64,000 nt of DNA, taken from NCBI GenBank assembly GCA_963758495.1, contig CAVWVI010000004.1:192001-256000 (forward strand), given 5' to 3'. Origin of the DNA: Oligoflexia bacterium (GTDB taxonomy: Bacteria > Bdellovibrionota > UBA1018). Of the stretch, positions 9,481-20,947 are shown in pieces. The position numbers and the translations under genes are program-made. How positions within the stretch are numbered: position 1 is the stretch's first letter; each line of letters opens with the position of its first letter. Below the pieces are notes generated by a model. That model searched no databases, was not told the origin of the DNA, and worked only from the letters and a program-made list of their open reading frames with translations.

Positions 9481-10905
9481 ATGAACCCATCTGAATTAAG
9501 CAGGGTAATTGAAGCAGTTGGCAAAGATCGTGGAATAAAAAAAGAAATCATCATCAGCGCGCTCGAACAGGCTGTTCTCATGGCTGCGCAGAAGAAGTAT
9601 GGTGCTCATGCGGTTCTTGAAGCACATTACAACAATGAATCGGGGGAGATAGATCTTTTTCATTTTAAAAAAGTAGTCCAGAGTGAACCCGAAATGCTGG
9701 ATGATTCAGAAGAAATCGAACTTGAGGAAGCTCGTAAACTGGATTCAGAAGCAGTCGTAGGTGATGAGCTTGGAATTAAAGTTGAAGGAGCTGGTTTCGG
9801 ACGAATTGATGCTCAAACTGCAAAGCAAGTTATTTTCCAAAAAGTTCGCGATGCCGAACGTGAGATTATCTACAATGAATATGTTCATCGTAAAGGAGAA
9901 ATCATCACAGGTATTGCTCGAAGAATTGAAAGAGGCAATCTAGTCATCGACTTAGGAAAGACGGACGCTCTCTTGCCTCGCTCTGAGATTATTCCAAGTG
10001 AACAATTTAAACCCGGAGACCGAGTTCAGGCCTATCTTTCAGAAGTAGCATTGACGCCTCGGGGTCCACAGCTTTACTTAACACGAACTTCACCTAAATA
10101 TCTGATGAAGTTATTTGAAGTTGAAGTACCCGAAATCCGAGAAGGAATCGTCGAGATCAAACTTTGCGCTCGTGAACCTGGCGCCCGATCCAAGATTTCT
10201 GTCACTTCCAAAGATAGAGACGTAGATCCTGTTGGTGCTTGTGTAGGAATGAAAGGCATTCGAGTTCAAAATGTCATTCAGGAGCTAAAAGGTGAAAAGA
10301 TAGACATTATACCTTGGTCAGATAATCCAGTTATTTTTGTAAGATCGGCACTCGCTCCAGCTGAAATCTCCTCAGTACGAATGGATGAAAGAAATCGAAC
10401 CATGGAAATCATGGTGGAAGACGATCAGCTTTCATTGGCTATCGGAAGAAAAGGACAAAACGTACGTTTGGCTGCACAGCTAACAGGCTGGAGGCTGGAT
10501 ATTATTTCGAAAACAAAACTTCAAAAACGTACGGCTGAAGCTACCTTCAATTTACAACATATTGAAGGCGTCAATGAAACGATCGCTCAAGGTATTTACC
10601 AAGCAGGTTATTTAAATGTTCGACAGGTAGCAGAAGCCTCGATTGAGAATCTTCAAAAGATTCCTAGTTACGACTCTGCTGAAGCTGCTGCTAGCCTAAA
10701 AGAACGTGCAGCTGCTGTAGTTGAAAAAGCGGGCGACATGCTTTCTGTAGGCACTCCAAAAGATGATGGTAAAGGAACATTTACCGCTCAGCCTGTGGCA
10801 CTTAAGGATGCAAAAACTCTTGCAGAGGAACGCCTACGTGAGATGATGCGTCAAGCTGGATCAACTCCAGAAAACGCAAACGACAACAAGGGAAAGTCGG
10901 AATAG
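9481..10905 (+). CDS. nusA: Transcription termination factor NusA
   Basis: [33 protein letters not shown]. Confidence 0.97.
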   Translation: MNPSELSRVIEAVGKDRGIKKEIIISALEQAVLMAAQKKYGAHAVLEAHYNNESGEIDLFHFKKVVQSEPEMLDDSEEIELEEARKLDSEAVVGDELGIKVEGAGFGRIDAQTAKQVIFQKVRDAEREIIYNEYVHRKGEIITGIARRIERGNLVIDLGKTDALLPRSEIIPSEQFKPGDRVQAYLSEVALTPRGPQLYLTRTSPKYLMKLFEVEVPEIREGIVEIKLCAREPGARSKISVTSKDRDVDPVGACVGMKGIRVQNVIQELKGEKIDIIPWSDNPVIFVRSALAPAEISSVRMDERNRTMEIMVEDDQLSLAIGRKGQNVRLAAQLTGWRLDIISKTKLQKRTAEATFNLQHIEGVNETIAQGIYQAGYLNVRQVAEASIENLQKIPSYDSAEAAASLKERAAAVVEKAGDMLSVGTPKDDGKGTFTAQPVALKDAKTLAEERLREMMRQAGSTPENANDNKGKSE

Positions 10906-10945
10906 TCGGATGCCAAATTTTGGATGGATCGAGGGAGACAATCAA

Positions 10946-13816
10946 ATGTCTGAGCAGGAAATGGTAAAAGTTTACGAACTCGCAAAGGAACTTGGAATTG
11001 ACTCCATTTCTTTGCTGGATAAGCTTAAAAGCTTAAATATTAATGTAAAGAATCACATGAGCGAACTACGCAATGAGGAAGTTCAAATTGCGCGCAGTTC
11101 TCTTCGAAAAGGTTTGGATTCTTCTGATAAGTCTGCAAAAAGGGTTTCTACAAAAACCCGGAAAAAGGCGGGAGAAACCACAAGCACCTTACCTCACCCC
11201 ACTGTTGATACATCATCATCGGGAGAAAAGAGGTCTTCTTCACCTATTATTAGACGTCGAAATAAGTCTGAGAGTGGTGCGGAGTTCGTACCTCCTTCTT
11301 CTGCCTCGCCTGTATTGAAGCATACCCATCAGGCAACAGAAGCGGTGCACACACCTGTCACTGCAGAAGCTGATACAGAACATTTAAAAGTGCAGCAAAC
11401 TGAAGTTACAACTGAAATTGAAGAACAAGAGCAGACATTAACTTCTTCGCAAGCTCAGGAAGAACAGAGCGCAAGCGAGCCTATTCTAGAAACTGAAACT
11501 ATTTCAACAGAAGCCGCTTCTGCAACGATAGCTACTTCTGTGATTGAAACTCCAACAACACAAACGACTGAAACTGGGCCTATCCAAGGAACACATGTGA
11601 CTCCTTCATCTCTTTCCACTGGTACTCCAACAACACCAGAGACAACTCCTCCAGCAGCTCCAAAGCCAACTCGACCTCCTGTTGTTTTAACTCCACGCCC
11701 AGTTGCTCCGCGGCGTAGTATTCTTAAAATCGTTGAACCTACTGCCCCTCCGCCTAGGCCTATGATTAAGCCAGCGCCAGTCGCAGTTACAACGCCTGCT
11801 AAACCTGCTGTAAAAGGAACAACAACTACCCAAGATAAAGATGGTTTCCGAATCATTAAGATGACCAAGGAAAATCTAGATCAAATGGTAGAAGAAGAAG
11901 CCGCTAAAAAACGAGGTGGTGGAAGAGAAGCAGAAATTCGTCCGGAAGACGTTCGCTTTGCAGACTATAGAAAAAAAGAGCTCGTATTTTTACCTAAGAA
12001 GAAAAAGCTTCCTTTAGGAAAAGAAATTAAGAAGACTCAAAAAACTGTAGCAAAGGCACAAAAGCGGATAGTCACTCTTAAGGATGCTATTTCAGTTCAA
12101 GACCTTGCCAATCAGCTCGGCGCAAAAGTACCTGAAGTCATTCGTAAGTTAATGGCATTAGGACATATGGCTTCAATCCATCAGTCCTTGGACTTAGATA
12201 CAGCCACTCTGATTGCAAATGAGTATCAGTACGAGATCAGAAACGTTGCATTCAATGAAGGTGCTTTAATTAATAATTCTGATGATCAGCCAGAACAACT
12301 CAAGTCACGTCCTCCTGTAGTCACTATTATGGGACACGTTGACCATGGAAAAACGACTCTTCTAGACTCTCTACGTGAAGCAAACGTAGCGGCAGGGGAA
12401 GCCGGTGGTATCACTCAGCACATTGGTGCCTATACTGTAGAAAAAAATGGCAAGCTCATTACCTTCATTGATACACCTGGACACGAAGCGTTCACCGTGA
12501 TGCGTGCTCGAGGTGCAAACGTAACGGATATTGTTATCCTTGTCGTTTCTGCTGACGATGGAGTCATGCCTCAAACACGTGAAGCACTCAGTCATGCTCA
12601 AGCAGCCAAGGTCCCCATTATCGTAGCCGTCAATAAAATTGATAAGCCTGGAGCCAATCCAGAGAAGATCAAACAATCTTTAGCTGAACTGAACTTGTTA
12701 GCCGAAGATTGGGGTGGAGACACCATCTTCGTACCTGTGTCTGCTTTGAAGAAAACCAATCTAGATAAACTTCTAGATGCAATTTTACTCCAAGCTGAAC
12801 TCTTAGATGTTAAAGCAAATCCAGATGCACGCGCCGTGGGAACTATCCTTGAAGCCCGATTAGAAAAGGGAAGAGGTCCTGTCGTGAGCGTTCTGATTAA
12901 TCGAGGCACACTCCGAGTTGGAGACCCTATTGTTTCTGGATCTTACTCTGGAAAAGTGAAAGCAATGACAGACGATAAAGGGCGCACAGTTAAAACAACT
13001 ACGCCAGGTATTGCTGTTGAGGTGTTAGGATTTGAAGGCTTACCTAATGCAGGTGAAACTTTCCATGTGACTGAGAAAGAATCAGACGCGAGAGATATTG
13101 CCGAAAATCGCACCGATAAAAATAGAGCGAAGATTGCTGGAGCACAGGGAAAACTCAGCCTAGATGAGCTTTTCTCGAAGATTCAATCAGGCGATGTAAA
13201 AGAGTTGAATGTCATTCTAAAAGCAGACGCTTTTGGATCAGTAGAAGCAATTCGGGATAGCTTAGTTAAACTTTCAACCGATAAAGTCAAGGTTAAGCCG
13301 ATTCTTGCTTCTCCAGGTGGAATTACTGAAAGCGACGTTCTATTAGCCAGTGCATCGAATGCAATTATTATTGGATTCAATGTTCGCCCAGAGACAAAAG
13401 CACGTCAGCTTGCAGAAGCTGAGCACGTCGAAGTCAAATGCTATGCCATCATTTATGAATTATTGGATGATGTAAAGAAGGCCATGACTGGATTACTCGA
13501 TAAGAAAAAGGTCGAGAAATTCTTGGGTCGCGCAGAAGTTCGACAGACCTTCACTGTACCTAAAATCGGTACGATTGCTGGTTCTGCTGTGATTGATGGT
13601 AAGATTATCCGAGGTGCTAATGTACGGCTCTTGCGGGATAGTCGCATAGTCTTTGAAGGAAAAATGTCGTCACTCAGACGCTTTAAAGATGATGCAAAAG
13701 AAGTTGCTACCGGATTTGAATGCGGAATCGGAATTGAAAACTATAACGACCTTAAACAGGGCGATATTATTGAAGCCTATCAAATTGAAATGGTTTCTCC
13801 AGAACTGCATCATTAG
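10946..13816 (+). CDS. infB: Translation initiation factor IF-2
   Basis: [36 protein letters not shown] before ATG 10946. Confidence 0.97.
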   Translation: MSEQEMVKVYELAKELGIDSISLLDKLKSLNINVKNHMSELRNEEVQIARSSLRKGLDSSDKSAKRVSTKTRKKAGETTSTLPHPTVDTSSSGEKRSSSPIIRRRNKSESGAEFVPPSSASPVLKHTHQATEAVHTPVTAEADTEHLKVQQTEVTTEIEEQEQTLTSSQAQEEQSASEPILETETISTEAASATIATSVIETPTTQTTETGPIQGTHVTPSSLSTGTPTTPETTPPAAPKPTRPPVVLTPRPVAPRRSILKIVEPTAPPPRPMIKPAPVAVTTPAKPAVKGTTTTQDKDGFRIIKMTKENLDQMVEEEAAKKRGGGREAEIRPEDVRFADYRKKELVFLPKKKKLPLGKEIKKTQKTVAKAQKRIVTLKDAISVQDLANQLGAKVPEVIRKLMALGHMASIHQSLDLDTATLIANEYQYEIRNVAFNEGALINNSDDQPEQLKSRPPVVTIMGHVDHGKTTLLDSLREANVAAGEAGGITQHIGAYTVEKNGKLITFIDTPGHEAFTVMRARGANVTDIVILVVSADDGVMPQTREALSHAQAAKVPIIVAVNKIDKPGANPEKIKQSLAELNLLAEDWGGDTIFVPVSALKKTNLDKLLDAILLQAELLDVKANPDARAVGTILEARLEKGRGPVVSVLINRGTLRVGDPIVSGSYSGKVKAMTDDKGRTVKTTTPGIAVEVLGFEGLPNAGETFHVTEKESDARDIAENRTDKNRAKIAGAQGKLSLDELFSKIQSGDVKELNVILKADAFGSVEAIRDSLVKLSTDKVKVKPILASPGGITESDVLLASASNAIIIGFNVRPETKARQLAEAEHVEVKCYAIIYELLDDVKKAMTGLLDKKKVEKFLGRAEVRQTFTVPKIGTIAGSAVIDGKIIRGANVRLLRDSRIVFEGKMSSLRRFKDDAKEVATGFECGIGIENYNDLKQGDIIEAYQIEMVSPELHH

Positions 13817-13879
13817 TTCTGACAGAACTACCGGCTTTGAGCAAATCAGTGAGCACGTGTTAGCGTGAGGTATTAGTTT

Positions 13880-14275
13880 ATGCAAAAAACTCGAAGAATG
13901 AGGCTGCAAGCCGTTATCCAAGAGGAACTTTCAAGTATTGTCCCACGAGAGATCAAAGATCCTCGAGTTCCCTCGGTAACGTTTACAGCAGTTGAAGTCA
14001 CTCAAGACGGCAGCCAAGCTACTGTCTTTGTAGCCATCTTGGGCGGTGCTCAGGGTGGTCATGATGGTGCTCCGCCTTTGTCAGAAAAGGGCGCAAAGCT
14101 GAGAATGAAGGACTGTCTTGATGGTTTGACTTCAGCTTCCGGTTACCTCCGAAGACATCTTGCGCGCATACTCAGTGTACGACATATTCCAACATTGATT
14201 TTTCGTGAAGATGATGGCTTTGAAAATGCCATTCGCGTTCAAGAACTCTTAAGTAAGATTTCTCATACAGAATGA
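13880..14275 (+). CDS. rbfA: Ribosome-binding factor A
   Basis: IKDPR motif; lies between infB and truB. Confidence 0.9.
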   Translation: MQKTRRMRLQAVIQEELSSIVPREIKDPRVPSVTFTAVEVTQDGSQATVFVAILGGAQGGHDGAPPLSEKGAKLRMKDCLDGLTSASGYLRRHLARILSVRHIPTLIFREDDGFENAIRVQELLSKISHTE

Positions 14276-15228
14276 GTATCAACGGCGCTCTTTTAATTAA
14301 TAAACACGCAGGTGTCAGTTCCTTTGGCGTGATTGAGATCCTGCAACGCCAACTCGTGGAGAAGCAAGGCATTAAGCGACAGCAGCTTCCAAAATTAGGC
14401 CATGGGGGTACCCTCGATCCTTTTGCGACAGGTACTTTAATTGTTCTCGTAGGACATGCTGTCAAATTGGCCCGTTACTTTCTTGGAGCGACAAAATCTT
14501 ACGAAGGGGTCATCCTTTTTGGAGAAACAACCATTCCGGGTGATCCCACGGAGGCTATTTCTGAAACCTGTGAACACTTACCGACATCGATTGACGAACT
14601 GAATGATTTAGCTCATCGACTCACTCTTCAACCCTATTTACAAACCCCTCCCATGCATTCAGCAAAGAAAAAAAATGGGAAACCTCTGTATGAATTGGCT
14701 CGGGCTGGAATTGACATTGAGAGAGAAGCTAAAGAATGCCAACTGTATGATTTTTCCTTTAGTCAATACCACGCGCCAGAAGCTCACTTTAAACTCAAAT
14801 GCAGCTCGGGAACTTACGTTCGCACACTTGCTCAAGACTTTGCTAAACTCCTAAACACTGTTGCATTAGTTAAAACGCTTCATCGAACTTCATCAGGCAT
14901 CTTTGAAATCGCTCAGGCGTGGAGCGCTCAAAAAATTTCGGAAGCGACTCAAGCAGGTACGGCTTGGGATCAACTTCCATGCTGGGTTCCTTTTGATCGG
15001 CTTTTGAATGGCTACGATCGTGCCGAAGCAACGACTGAAGAACGAGAAGCCCTGATTCAAGGTAAGCAAAATGTGCTTTTGAATATTTTACGACGTACTC
15101 AATCCCCCACCCATAAATCTTCTGAACGAGATGACTGTATTACAATTTACACTCAGGATTCCCTGGTTGCGATTGCTCGTAAAACAGCGGAAGTTTGGCA
15201 TATTGAAAGAGTCTTCGTTCGCTCCTGA
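14272..15228 (+). CDS. truB: tRNA pseudouridine(55) synthase
   Basis: GHGGTLDPFATG; PPMHSAKK; CSSGTYVRTL. Confidence 0.95.
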   Translation: MSINGALLINKHAGVSSFGVIEILQRQLVEKQGIKRQQLPKLGHGGTLDPFATGTLIVLVGHAVKLARYFLGATKSYEGVILFGETTIPGDPTEAISETCEHLPTSIDELNDLAHRLTLQPYLQTPPMHSAKKKNGKPLYELARAGIDIEREAKECQLYDFSFSQYHAPEAHFKLKCSSGTYVRTLAQDFAKLLNTVALVKTLHRTSSGIFEIAQAWSAQKISEATQAGTAWDQLPCWVPFDRLLNGYDRAEATTEEREALIQGKQNVLLNILRRTQSPTHKSSERDDCITIYTQDSLVAIARKTAEVWHIERVFVRS

Positions 15229-15273
15229 TTGATTGTAAGCACTGTAAGGAGTCCTAAAGGAACTGCTTACCAT

Positions 15274-17148
15274 CTAGTTCCGAACCTTGAGCGGAGCCAT
15301 CTTCAGCATATCGCGAGCTTGCCATTGCAAGCTTACCGTATCGCCGTAATTTCCTGCTAATCTCTGTTCCACTTCCCAGAGATCAATATCAGAGGGGGAT
15401 TTTGAATCAATTTGGGTGATGATCATCCCAGGTTTTAATCCGGCTTCAATCAAGTTCTGAGCACGAGACTGAGCTTGAATCGATTTTACCTTGAGAACAC
15501 GATCTCCTCTCACCATAACGTAGACTAAACTCAGCCCGGAATGATTGTGCCTAGGAGGTCCCTTTGCTAGCATATCTTTTGAAAACCACAATCTTCCATG
15601 AGGCAAATCAAAGGTAAATTTCCCTCGAGAGAGCAGCGGCATCCCGACACTCACCGCGGGAATCTGGGAAGCAAGAGGACCTTCTGCTTGAACGCCTGCA
15701 GGAGGTTTTGGAAAACTGGCTACCACATCATGAGCAAAATCAAACGTATCGCAGCCAATTTTCCATAAGTTGGGTTTCACTTGCTCTGCAGCACTCCTCC
15801 AGGGAGTGTGAATACTCAGGGCGTCTTCATTTCCAGTGTCCCATCGTACCCCCGCCAAACGAGATACTGAAAACTTTTTCGAAACTTCACTCGGAGTAGT
15901 CATACAAGAGCTGACCAAATCACCTGGGTGAGCTTCTGTCACTTCAACCCATGGGTTATCTGGACCCCAGTGAAAGTTTTGACGTGGCCAAACTCTCACT
16001 TCAGCAGGAGCCTCAGATTGAAATTCCATCGGAAATAGTCTCAGAAAATCTGTACCTAAAACACCATCACAACAGGAACCCGCATTCTCTGGAGCATTAA
16101 AAAGTGGGGTACTTAAAAGTAAAAATTGATTCATAGGAATCACAAGACCGCCCAATTCCACTCGATCCACAATCGCTCGACGCGCTAAACCCTTTTCACC
16201 ACTCCATAGCCCGCTCCACATCACTCGCTCCAGAGGGGCTCCCGGCATTTCAATCCAAGCTGGATAGATTCCTTGACTTTCTAACCACGAAGGAGAGATC
16301 ACACTCACTCCTGCTCCCGTATCAATCAGAAAACGGCCATTTAAATTCCGACCCGCAATATTGAGAGTGAGTCGAATCGAGAACAACCCATTCCACAACC
16401 GGGCTGGCGCACGAGCTAAAACTTGGGTAATGGAAGGCGGCTCGCCTGTGATGGGCTCCATCATAGATCTCCAGGTGGGAGGTACGGGAAGACGGAGAGA
16501 ATTTAAATCTTGAGCCTTTTTAGTCTGCTGACAAAGCCCCTGAGAAGCTGCTTCTTCCTGGTAATATTTCCACTCTGCTGATCTCACTTTCAAATGACAT
16601 TGAGCTCTCCATTTGACCTCAACTGATTCGAGCCAATTTTTAAATACAAGACGTGCTTCATCTTCAGCAGATTTCTCAACATTACCTTTGACTCGGCTCA
16701 AACGAAAGCTGAGTTCATCTAACGAATTCTTAAGAGTCTCAGACCAAAGCTCCGCAGCAATTGCCATCGCCCGTTTTGCACCCTCAGGAGTTTCAAATTC
16801 TACTTGAGGTTCCTGATGACATGGAAATTCGGAAATTGGCCGATACCAAGGTCCAGGACCTCGAATATAACCCTGAGCATTCGATAGGATTCCTGATGCT
16901 TTTGCCCCATACTTGCCATCCGAGCGAAGGAATGGCTTCAGTCCTGAAGGTTTGACTTGGCGACTGACTATCCAGCGCTGAAGATGCGGATTGGATTGTT
17001 GAGGGTCAAGAGTCCAAATTTTCTCTGTCGTTAAAGAGTCATTTTCAAATCGATAATCTGTTTGAATTTGAAGATCAGAAATCGAAGAACCAGCAAGAGC
17101 ATGCGGTAAAAAATTCAGGCATAATGCAAGCCATAAAAATCTCATCAT
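15274..17148 (-). CDS. Secreted aspartyl protease (retropepsin-like, two DTG motifs) with C-terminal PDZ domain
   Basis: Signal peptide; FLIDTGAG, DGVLGTDFL, WDTGN; AGLKPGMIITQID. Confidence 0.75.
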   Translation of the reverse strand: MMRFLWLALCLNFLPHALAGSSISDLQIQTDYRFENDSLTTEKIWTLDPQQSNPHLQRWIVSRQVKPSGLKPFLRSDGKYGAKASGILSNAQGYIRGPGPWYRPISEFPCHQEPQVEFETPEGAKRAMAIAAELWSETLKNSLDELSFRLSRVKGNVEKSAEDEARLVFKNWLESVEVKWRAQCHLKVRSAEWKYYQEEAASQGLCQQTKKAQDLNSLRLPVPPTWRSMMEPITGEPPSITQVLARAPARLWNGLFSIRLTLNIAGRNLNGRFLIDTGAGVSVISPSWLESQGIYPAWIEMPGAPLERVMWSGLWSGEKGLARRAIVDRVELGGLVIPMNQFLLLSTPLFNAPENAGSCCDGVLGTDFLRLFPMEFQSEAPAEVRVWPRQNFHWGPDNPWVEVTEAHPGDLVSSCMTTPSEVSKKFSVSRLAGVRWDTGNEDALSIHTPWRSAAEQVKPNLWKIGCDTFDFAHDVVASFPKPPAGVQAEGPLASQIPAVSVGMPLLSRGKFTFDLPHGRLWFSKDMLAKGPPRHNHSGLSLVYVMVRGDRVLKVKSIQAQSRAQNLIEAGLKPGMIITQIDSKSPSDIDLWEVEQRLAGNYGDTVSLQWQARDMLKMAPLKVRN

Positions 17149-18425
17149 AAAAGATATTTTTCCAAACCTAGTTTTTTTGCCCATCCTTTTTCAATTCTTA
17201 AACGATAGAAAGTCCCCTTTTCCATATGACGTTTGACTTCGATATTTCCATAAACATAAAGCTGAGACTCTAATTTACTTTCACTATAAGGTAGCAATAT
17301 TTCCATGGGTTCGAGTTTACTATGAAAATGCTCTAAAATAAGATCTCTCAACTTTCGAACGTCATGAGAGTCAAAAGCAGAAACTGCCAAAGCGCCAGGA
17401 GCCAATAATTTAGAGAGATTTCTAGAAGGACCTTTTTCTACCTGATCTGATTTATTTAAAACCGTGATTCGTGGCTTATCACCTACGCCCAGCTCTTCAA
17501 GTACGGATTCTGTAACCTCGAGCTGTTCACGTGCTTGCGCGTGACTGGCATCTACCACATGAACTAAAAGATCAGCTTGCTCTAACTCTTCCAGGGTAGA
17601 CCGAAATGAGGCCACCAAAGAGTGCGGCAACTGACTGATAAATCCGACTGTATCAATAGCCACAATAGGGGGATGACTATTAGGATCCAGCATTCGAACA
17701 CTTGAATCTAAAGTTGCAAAGAGCTTATCTTCTGCACGAACGGAGCTATGAGTCAAAGCATTGAGTAAAGTGGACTTACCCGCATTTGTATAACCTACCA
17801 ACGCCACCTTAAGAATATCTTTTCGACCTGCCCTCTGAACTGTTCTCTCGCGCTCAATGGCAGCAAGACGTTGACGTAGAATTGCAATCCTATCTTTAAC
17901 TAATCGACGATCCACTTCAATTTGCTTTTCACCCATACCCCGACTCGCAGTACCGCCCCCCCTCTGTCGCTCAAAATGGGTCCAAAAGTGAGTCAAACGG
18001 GGAAGTAAATACTGAAGTCGTGCGAGAGCAACCTGAGTTTTAGATTCTTTAGTCCGTGCGTGCCGGGAAAATATTTCAATAATCACCCCTGGACGGTCCA
18101 GAATGGGAAGGTTCAATTCTTTTTCTAAATTTCTTAACTGGTTAGGCGAAAGTTCTACATCCAAGATGACCGCCTGAGCTTGAGATTCCTCTATAGCTCT
18201 CTTCACTTCATCAATTTTTCCTTTTCCAATAAAGGTAGCTGGATTGACTTTTTTTGAGACCACATGGACCCGAACGACCGGCACCACCCCTAAAGTAGTT
18301 AGCAATCGAAAAAGCTCGTCTAATGAGTCGTCATTAAATCCGACACATACAATACGAGGTTCTTTATTTTCAGATAAAAAAGGTAAAAGCGACTCTGTAC
18401 TCTCTATCATTCCTGGCAACTCCAA
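17145..18425 (-). CDS. hflX: GTPase HflX
   Basis: VGYTNAGKST; LFATLD; DTVGFI. Confidence 0.95.
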   Translation of the reverse strand: MELPGMIESTESLLPFLSENKEPRIVCVGFNDDSLDELFRLLTTLGVVPVVRVHVVSKKVNPATFIGKGKIDEVKRAIEESQAQAVILDVELSPNQLRNLEKELNLPILDRPGVIIEIFSRHARTKESKTQVALARLQYLLPRLTHFWTHFERQRGGGTASRGMGEKQIEVDRRLVKDRIAILRQRLAAIERERTVQRAGRKDILKVALVGYTNAGKSTLLNALTHSSVRAEDKLFATLDSSVRMLDPNSHPPIVAIDTVGFISQLPHSLVASFRSTLEELEQADLLVHVVDASHAQAREQLEVTESVLEELGVGDKPRITVLNKSDQVEKGPSRNLSKLLAPGALAVSAFDSHDVRKLRDLILEHFHSKLEPMEILLPYSESKLESQLYVYGNIEVKRHMEKGTFYRLRIEKGWAKKLGLEKYLL

Positions 18426-18493
18426 TAGATACTATCTTTATTATGAACACTCTTGCTCATCCAATAGATAATCAGCATATAATCAAACTACCT

Positions 18494-19384
18494 ATGGAAA
18501 ACGCTATAATAAACCTTAACGGTAAAATTCTAGCTCCTCAAGAAGCAAAAGTCTCGGTGTTTGATCGCGGATACCTTTATGGAGATAGCCTCTATGAGGT
18601 AGTTCGCTCTTATCATGGAGAGTTCTTTTTAATAGACGAACATCTCAAAAGACTCGAAAAATCAGCGAAACTCTGCCAAATAACACTAGGACAAAGCACA
18701 AAAACCTATAGAGATGAAATTTACCGTACTTTTCACAACTTTAGGGCCCAGCCTCAAAATAAAACAACAGAGGCCTATGCCCGAATCATTGTCAGCCGAG
18801 GGACAGGCCGCATTGGATTTGGTCTGTCATGTCTTTCATCTCCGACCCTTTATACGATCATTATCCAACCCGTAGAAGCGCCCACCGAGGCACAATTTAA
18901 AAATGGCATAAAATTAAAAATTTCCGAACGACTCAGAAATGATCAAAGAGCACTCGATCCTGCTATGAAATCTGGAAATTATCTCAATAGTCTGTTAGCT
19001 TATCTTGACGCAGTGACAGAAGACTATGCTGATGCCCTCCTTTGTAATTCGGAAGGCCATATTACTGAAGGCACTACCTTTAATATCTTCTATGTCCGTC
19101 GTGGAATCATTGCGACACCTCCTTTAAGTATTGGCATTTTGGAAGGGATCACTCGACACCATGTGATTCAACTTGCAAGAAAATTGCAACTCCCCGTTCG
19201 GGAAGTTCGGTTTCCCAAGGAAAGACTTTATGAGGCTGACGAAGTGTTTATAACGAGCTCCATCAAAGAAGTTTTTCCTATTTCTCAAATTGATCAAAAA
19301 GTCATAGGTCAAGGTTGTCCGGGAAAATTCACTCAAAAACTTCATACTGCTTATCGGAAATCACTCAAAGGGGCCGAACCGTGA
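18494..19384 (+). CDS. Class IV PLP aminotransferase (IlvE/PabC/D-amino acid aminotransferase family)
   Basis: DRGYLYGDSLYE; KSGNY; EGTTFNIF; ILEGITR. Confidence 0.88.
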   Translation: MENAIINLNGKILAPQEAKVSVFDRGYLYGDSLYEVVRSYHGEFFLIDEHLKRLEKSAKLCQITLGQSTKTYRDEIYRTFHNFRAQPQNKTTEAYARIIVSRGTGRIGFGLSCLSSPTLYTIIIQPVEAPTEAQFKNGIKLKISERLRNDQRALDPAMKSGNYLNSLLAYLDAVTEDYADALLCNSEGHITEGTTFNIFYVRRGIIATPPLSIGILEGITRHHVIQLARKLQLPVREVRFPKERLYEADEVFITSSIKEVFPISQIDQKVIGQGCPGKFTQKLHTAYRKSLKGAEP

Positions 19385-20187
19385 AAAGAAAAGCGAAAGA
19401 AACAGCGCCCGATTTTTCAATTCTTCAAAAAAATGCAATCGACGCAGCTCAGGCTGGGGGCAAAATACTGCTTCGTCATTTTCGAAAGAAATTAAAAATC
19501 GCCGAGAAAAAGGGTGCTGGACTCGTCACAAATGCAGATTTTGAGTCTCAAAATAAAATTGTTGCCCTACTTAAAAAAGCACGCCCAGACTTTGGCTTCT
19601 TGACAGAAGAAGCGGATCCAGTCCTCTCTAAAAGCCTGGGAAGATGGATTATCGACCCCCTGGATGGAACCACTAATTACGCACATGGCTTTCCTCTCTT
19701 CTGTGTCTCCATTGCTGCAGAGTGGGATGGTAAAATCGTGACAGGAGTGATCTATCATCCCATCCTCGCTGAACTCTTCACAGCTATTCGAGGTCAAGGT
19801 GCACAGCTGAATGGGCGCCCCATCCATGTTTCCAAAACTAAAAAACTAGAAAAAGCTCTCCTCACAACAGGATTTACTTACAATAAGGACGAATTTTTGG
19901 ATTTTGAAATCGATGCATTTCAAAAACTCAGTGGCAAAGCCCAAGCGATTCGACGCCCAGGAAGCGCAGCGTTAGATCTGGCTTATACCGCCTGTGGTAT
20001 ATTTGATGGCTTTTGGGAAAGAAGACTCTCCCCTTGGGATGTAGCGGCTGGCTTACTCCTAGTCACCGAAGCAGGCGGTAAAATAACTGACTTTCAAGGA
20101 AATCCCTACAACCTTGGGTCTCGTGAATTTGTAGCCTCCAATTCAAAGCTTCACTCTCAATTACTAAAAGAAATTGTAAATCAATAG
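19381..20187 (+). CDS. suhB: Inositol monophosphatase family protein
   Basis: WIIDPLDGTTNYAHG; GSAALDLA; WDVAAG. Confidence 0.9.
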   Translation: MKRKAKETAPDFSILQKNAIDAAQAGGKILLRHFRKKLKIAEKKGAGLVTNADFESQNKIVALLKKARPDFGFLTEEADPVLSKSLGRWIIDPLDGTTNYAHGFPLFCVSIAAEWDGKIVTGVIYHPILAELFTAIRGQGAQLNGRPIHVSKTKKLEKALLTTGFTYNKDEFLDFEIDAFQKLSGKAQAIRRPGSAALDLAYTACGIFDGFWERRLSPWDVAAGLLLVTEAGGKITDFQGNPYNLGSREFVASNSKLHSQLLKEIVNQ

Positions 20188-20299
20188 CACCTTTAAATCT
20201 TAACAATACCAATCACTTACCGCAACGCGCAAGTCAAAAACTTCATCAGAACAAATGTAATGTAGACACAGGATCGGATATTTTCTACAATAAAGATAT

Positions 20300-20947
20300 A
20301 TGACATCCTGGGTCTATCTCTTCTCCCAGTTTACACCGGAAGCACTCCTTTTTGAGACGCTCATCATATTTTTATTATGTTGTGGATATACCGCCTTTTG
20401 GATTTTAAAAAAGAGAAAATATGGCGTCATAGACAACGATCTTCCCTCTGGACCTGTTCAATCCTACTTAAACGAGCTGATTGGTACTGCTGAACAACTC
20501 CGTTTACAGCTTTTTGGACTCCTCGCGCCGACTGATTACTCAGCGAGGCAGTATAAGGTGCCTTCTGATGCAACTCGAACACCCGATCCAAACCTCTTAG
20601 CATTAGAAGCAAAGCTACAAGAACAAACAAAAGCATTTGCGGCGCTCACTGCAGAAAAAAATCAATTAGTAAAAAACCTAGCTGAACTCAAATCTCAATC
20701 TGCAGGAAATTCACAGGGAAATCCAAAAGAAGCTGACCCTGTTGTAGTTAAAAAGATGCAAGACATGGAAAGTCGATTAGCTGAATACAGTGTAATCGAA
20801 GACGACTTAGCAAACTTAAAAAGGCTTCAGCAAGAAAATATCGCATTAAAAGCCGCGCTTACCGCCAAAGGCATTCCGATACCTATCGTAGAAACCCCTT
20901 CTTTCGGAGCGTCCGCCCCCCCCCCTCTCAGGAGAGTGGGCCTATGA
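20300..20947 (+). CDS. Membrane-anchored coiled-coil hypothetical protein (5' part of a frameshifted gene)
   Basis: N-terminal TM; RLAEYSVIEDDLANL; frame breaks at a C10 tract, 20916-20925. Confidence 0.7.
   Translation: MTSWVYLFSQFTPEALLFETLIIFLLCCGYTAFWILKKRKYGVIDNDLPSGPVQSYLNELIGTAEQLRLQLFGLLAPTDYSARQYKVPSDATRTPDPNLLALEAKLQEQTKAFAALTAEKNQLVKNLAELKSQSAGNSQGNPKEADPVVVKKMQDMESRLAEYSVIEDDLANLKRLQQENIALKAALTAKGIPIPIVETPSFGASAPPPLRRVGL

Noticed and set aside
11200..11850. Thr/Pro/Glu-rich stretch and antisense ORF in infB
   Set aside because: Normal variable IF-2 N-terminal linker; the antisense ORF is a shadow
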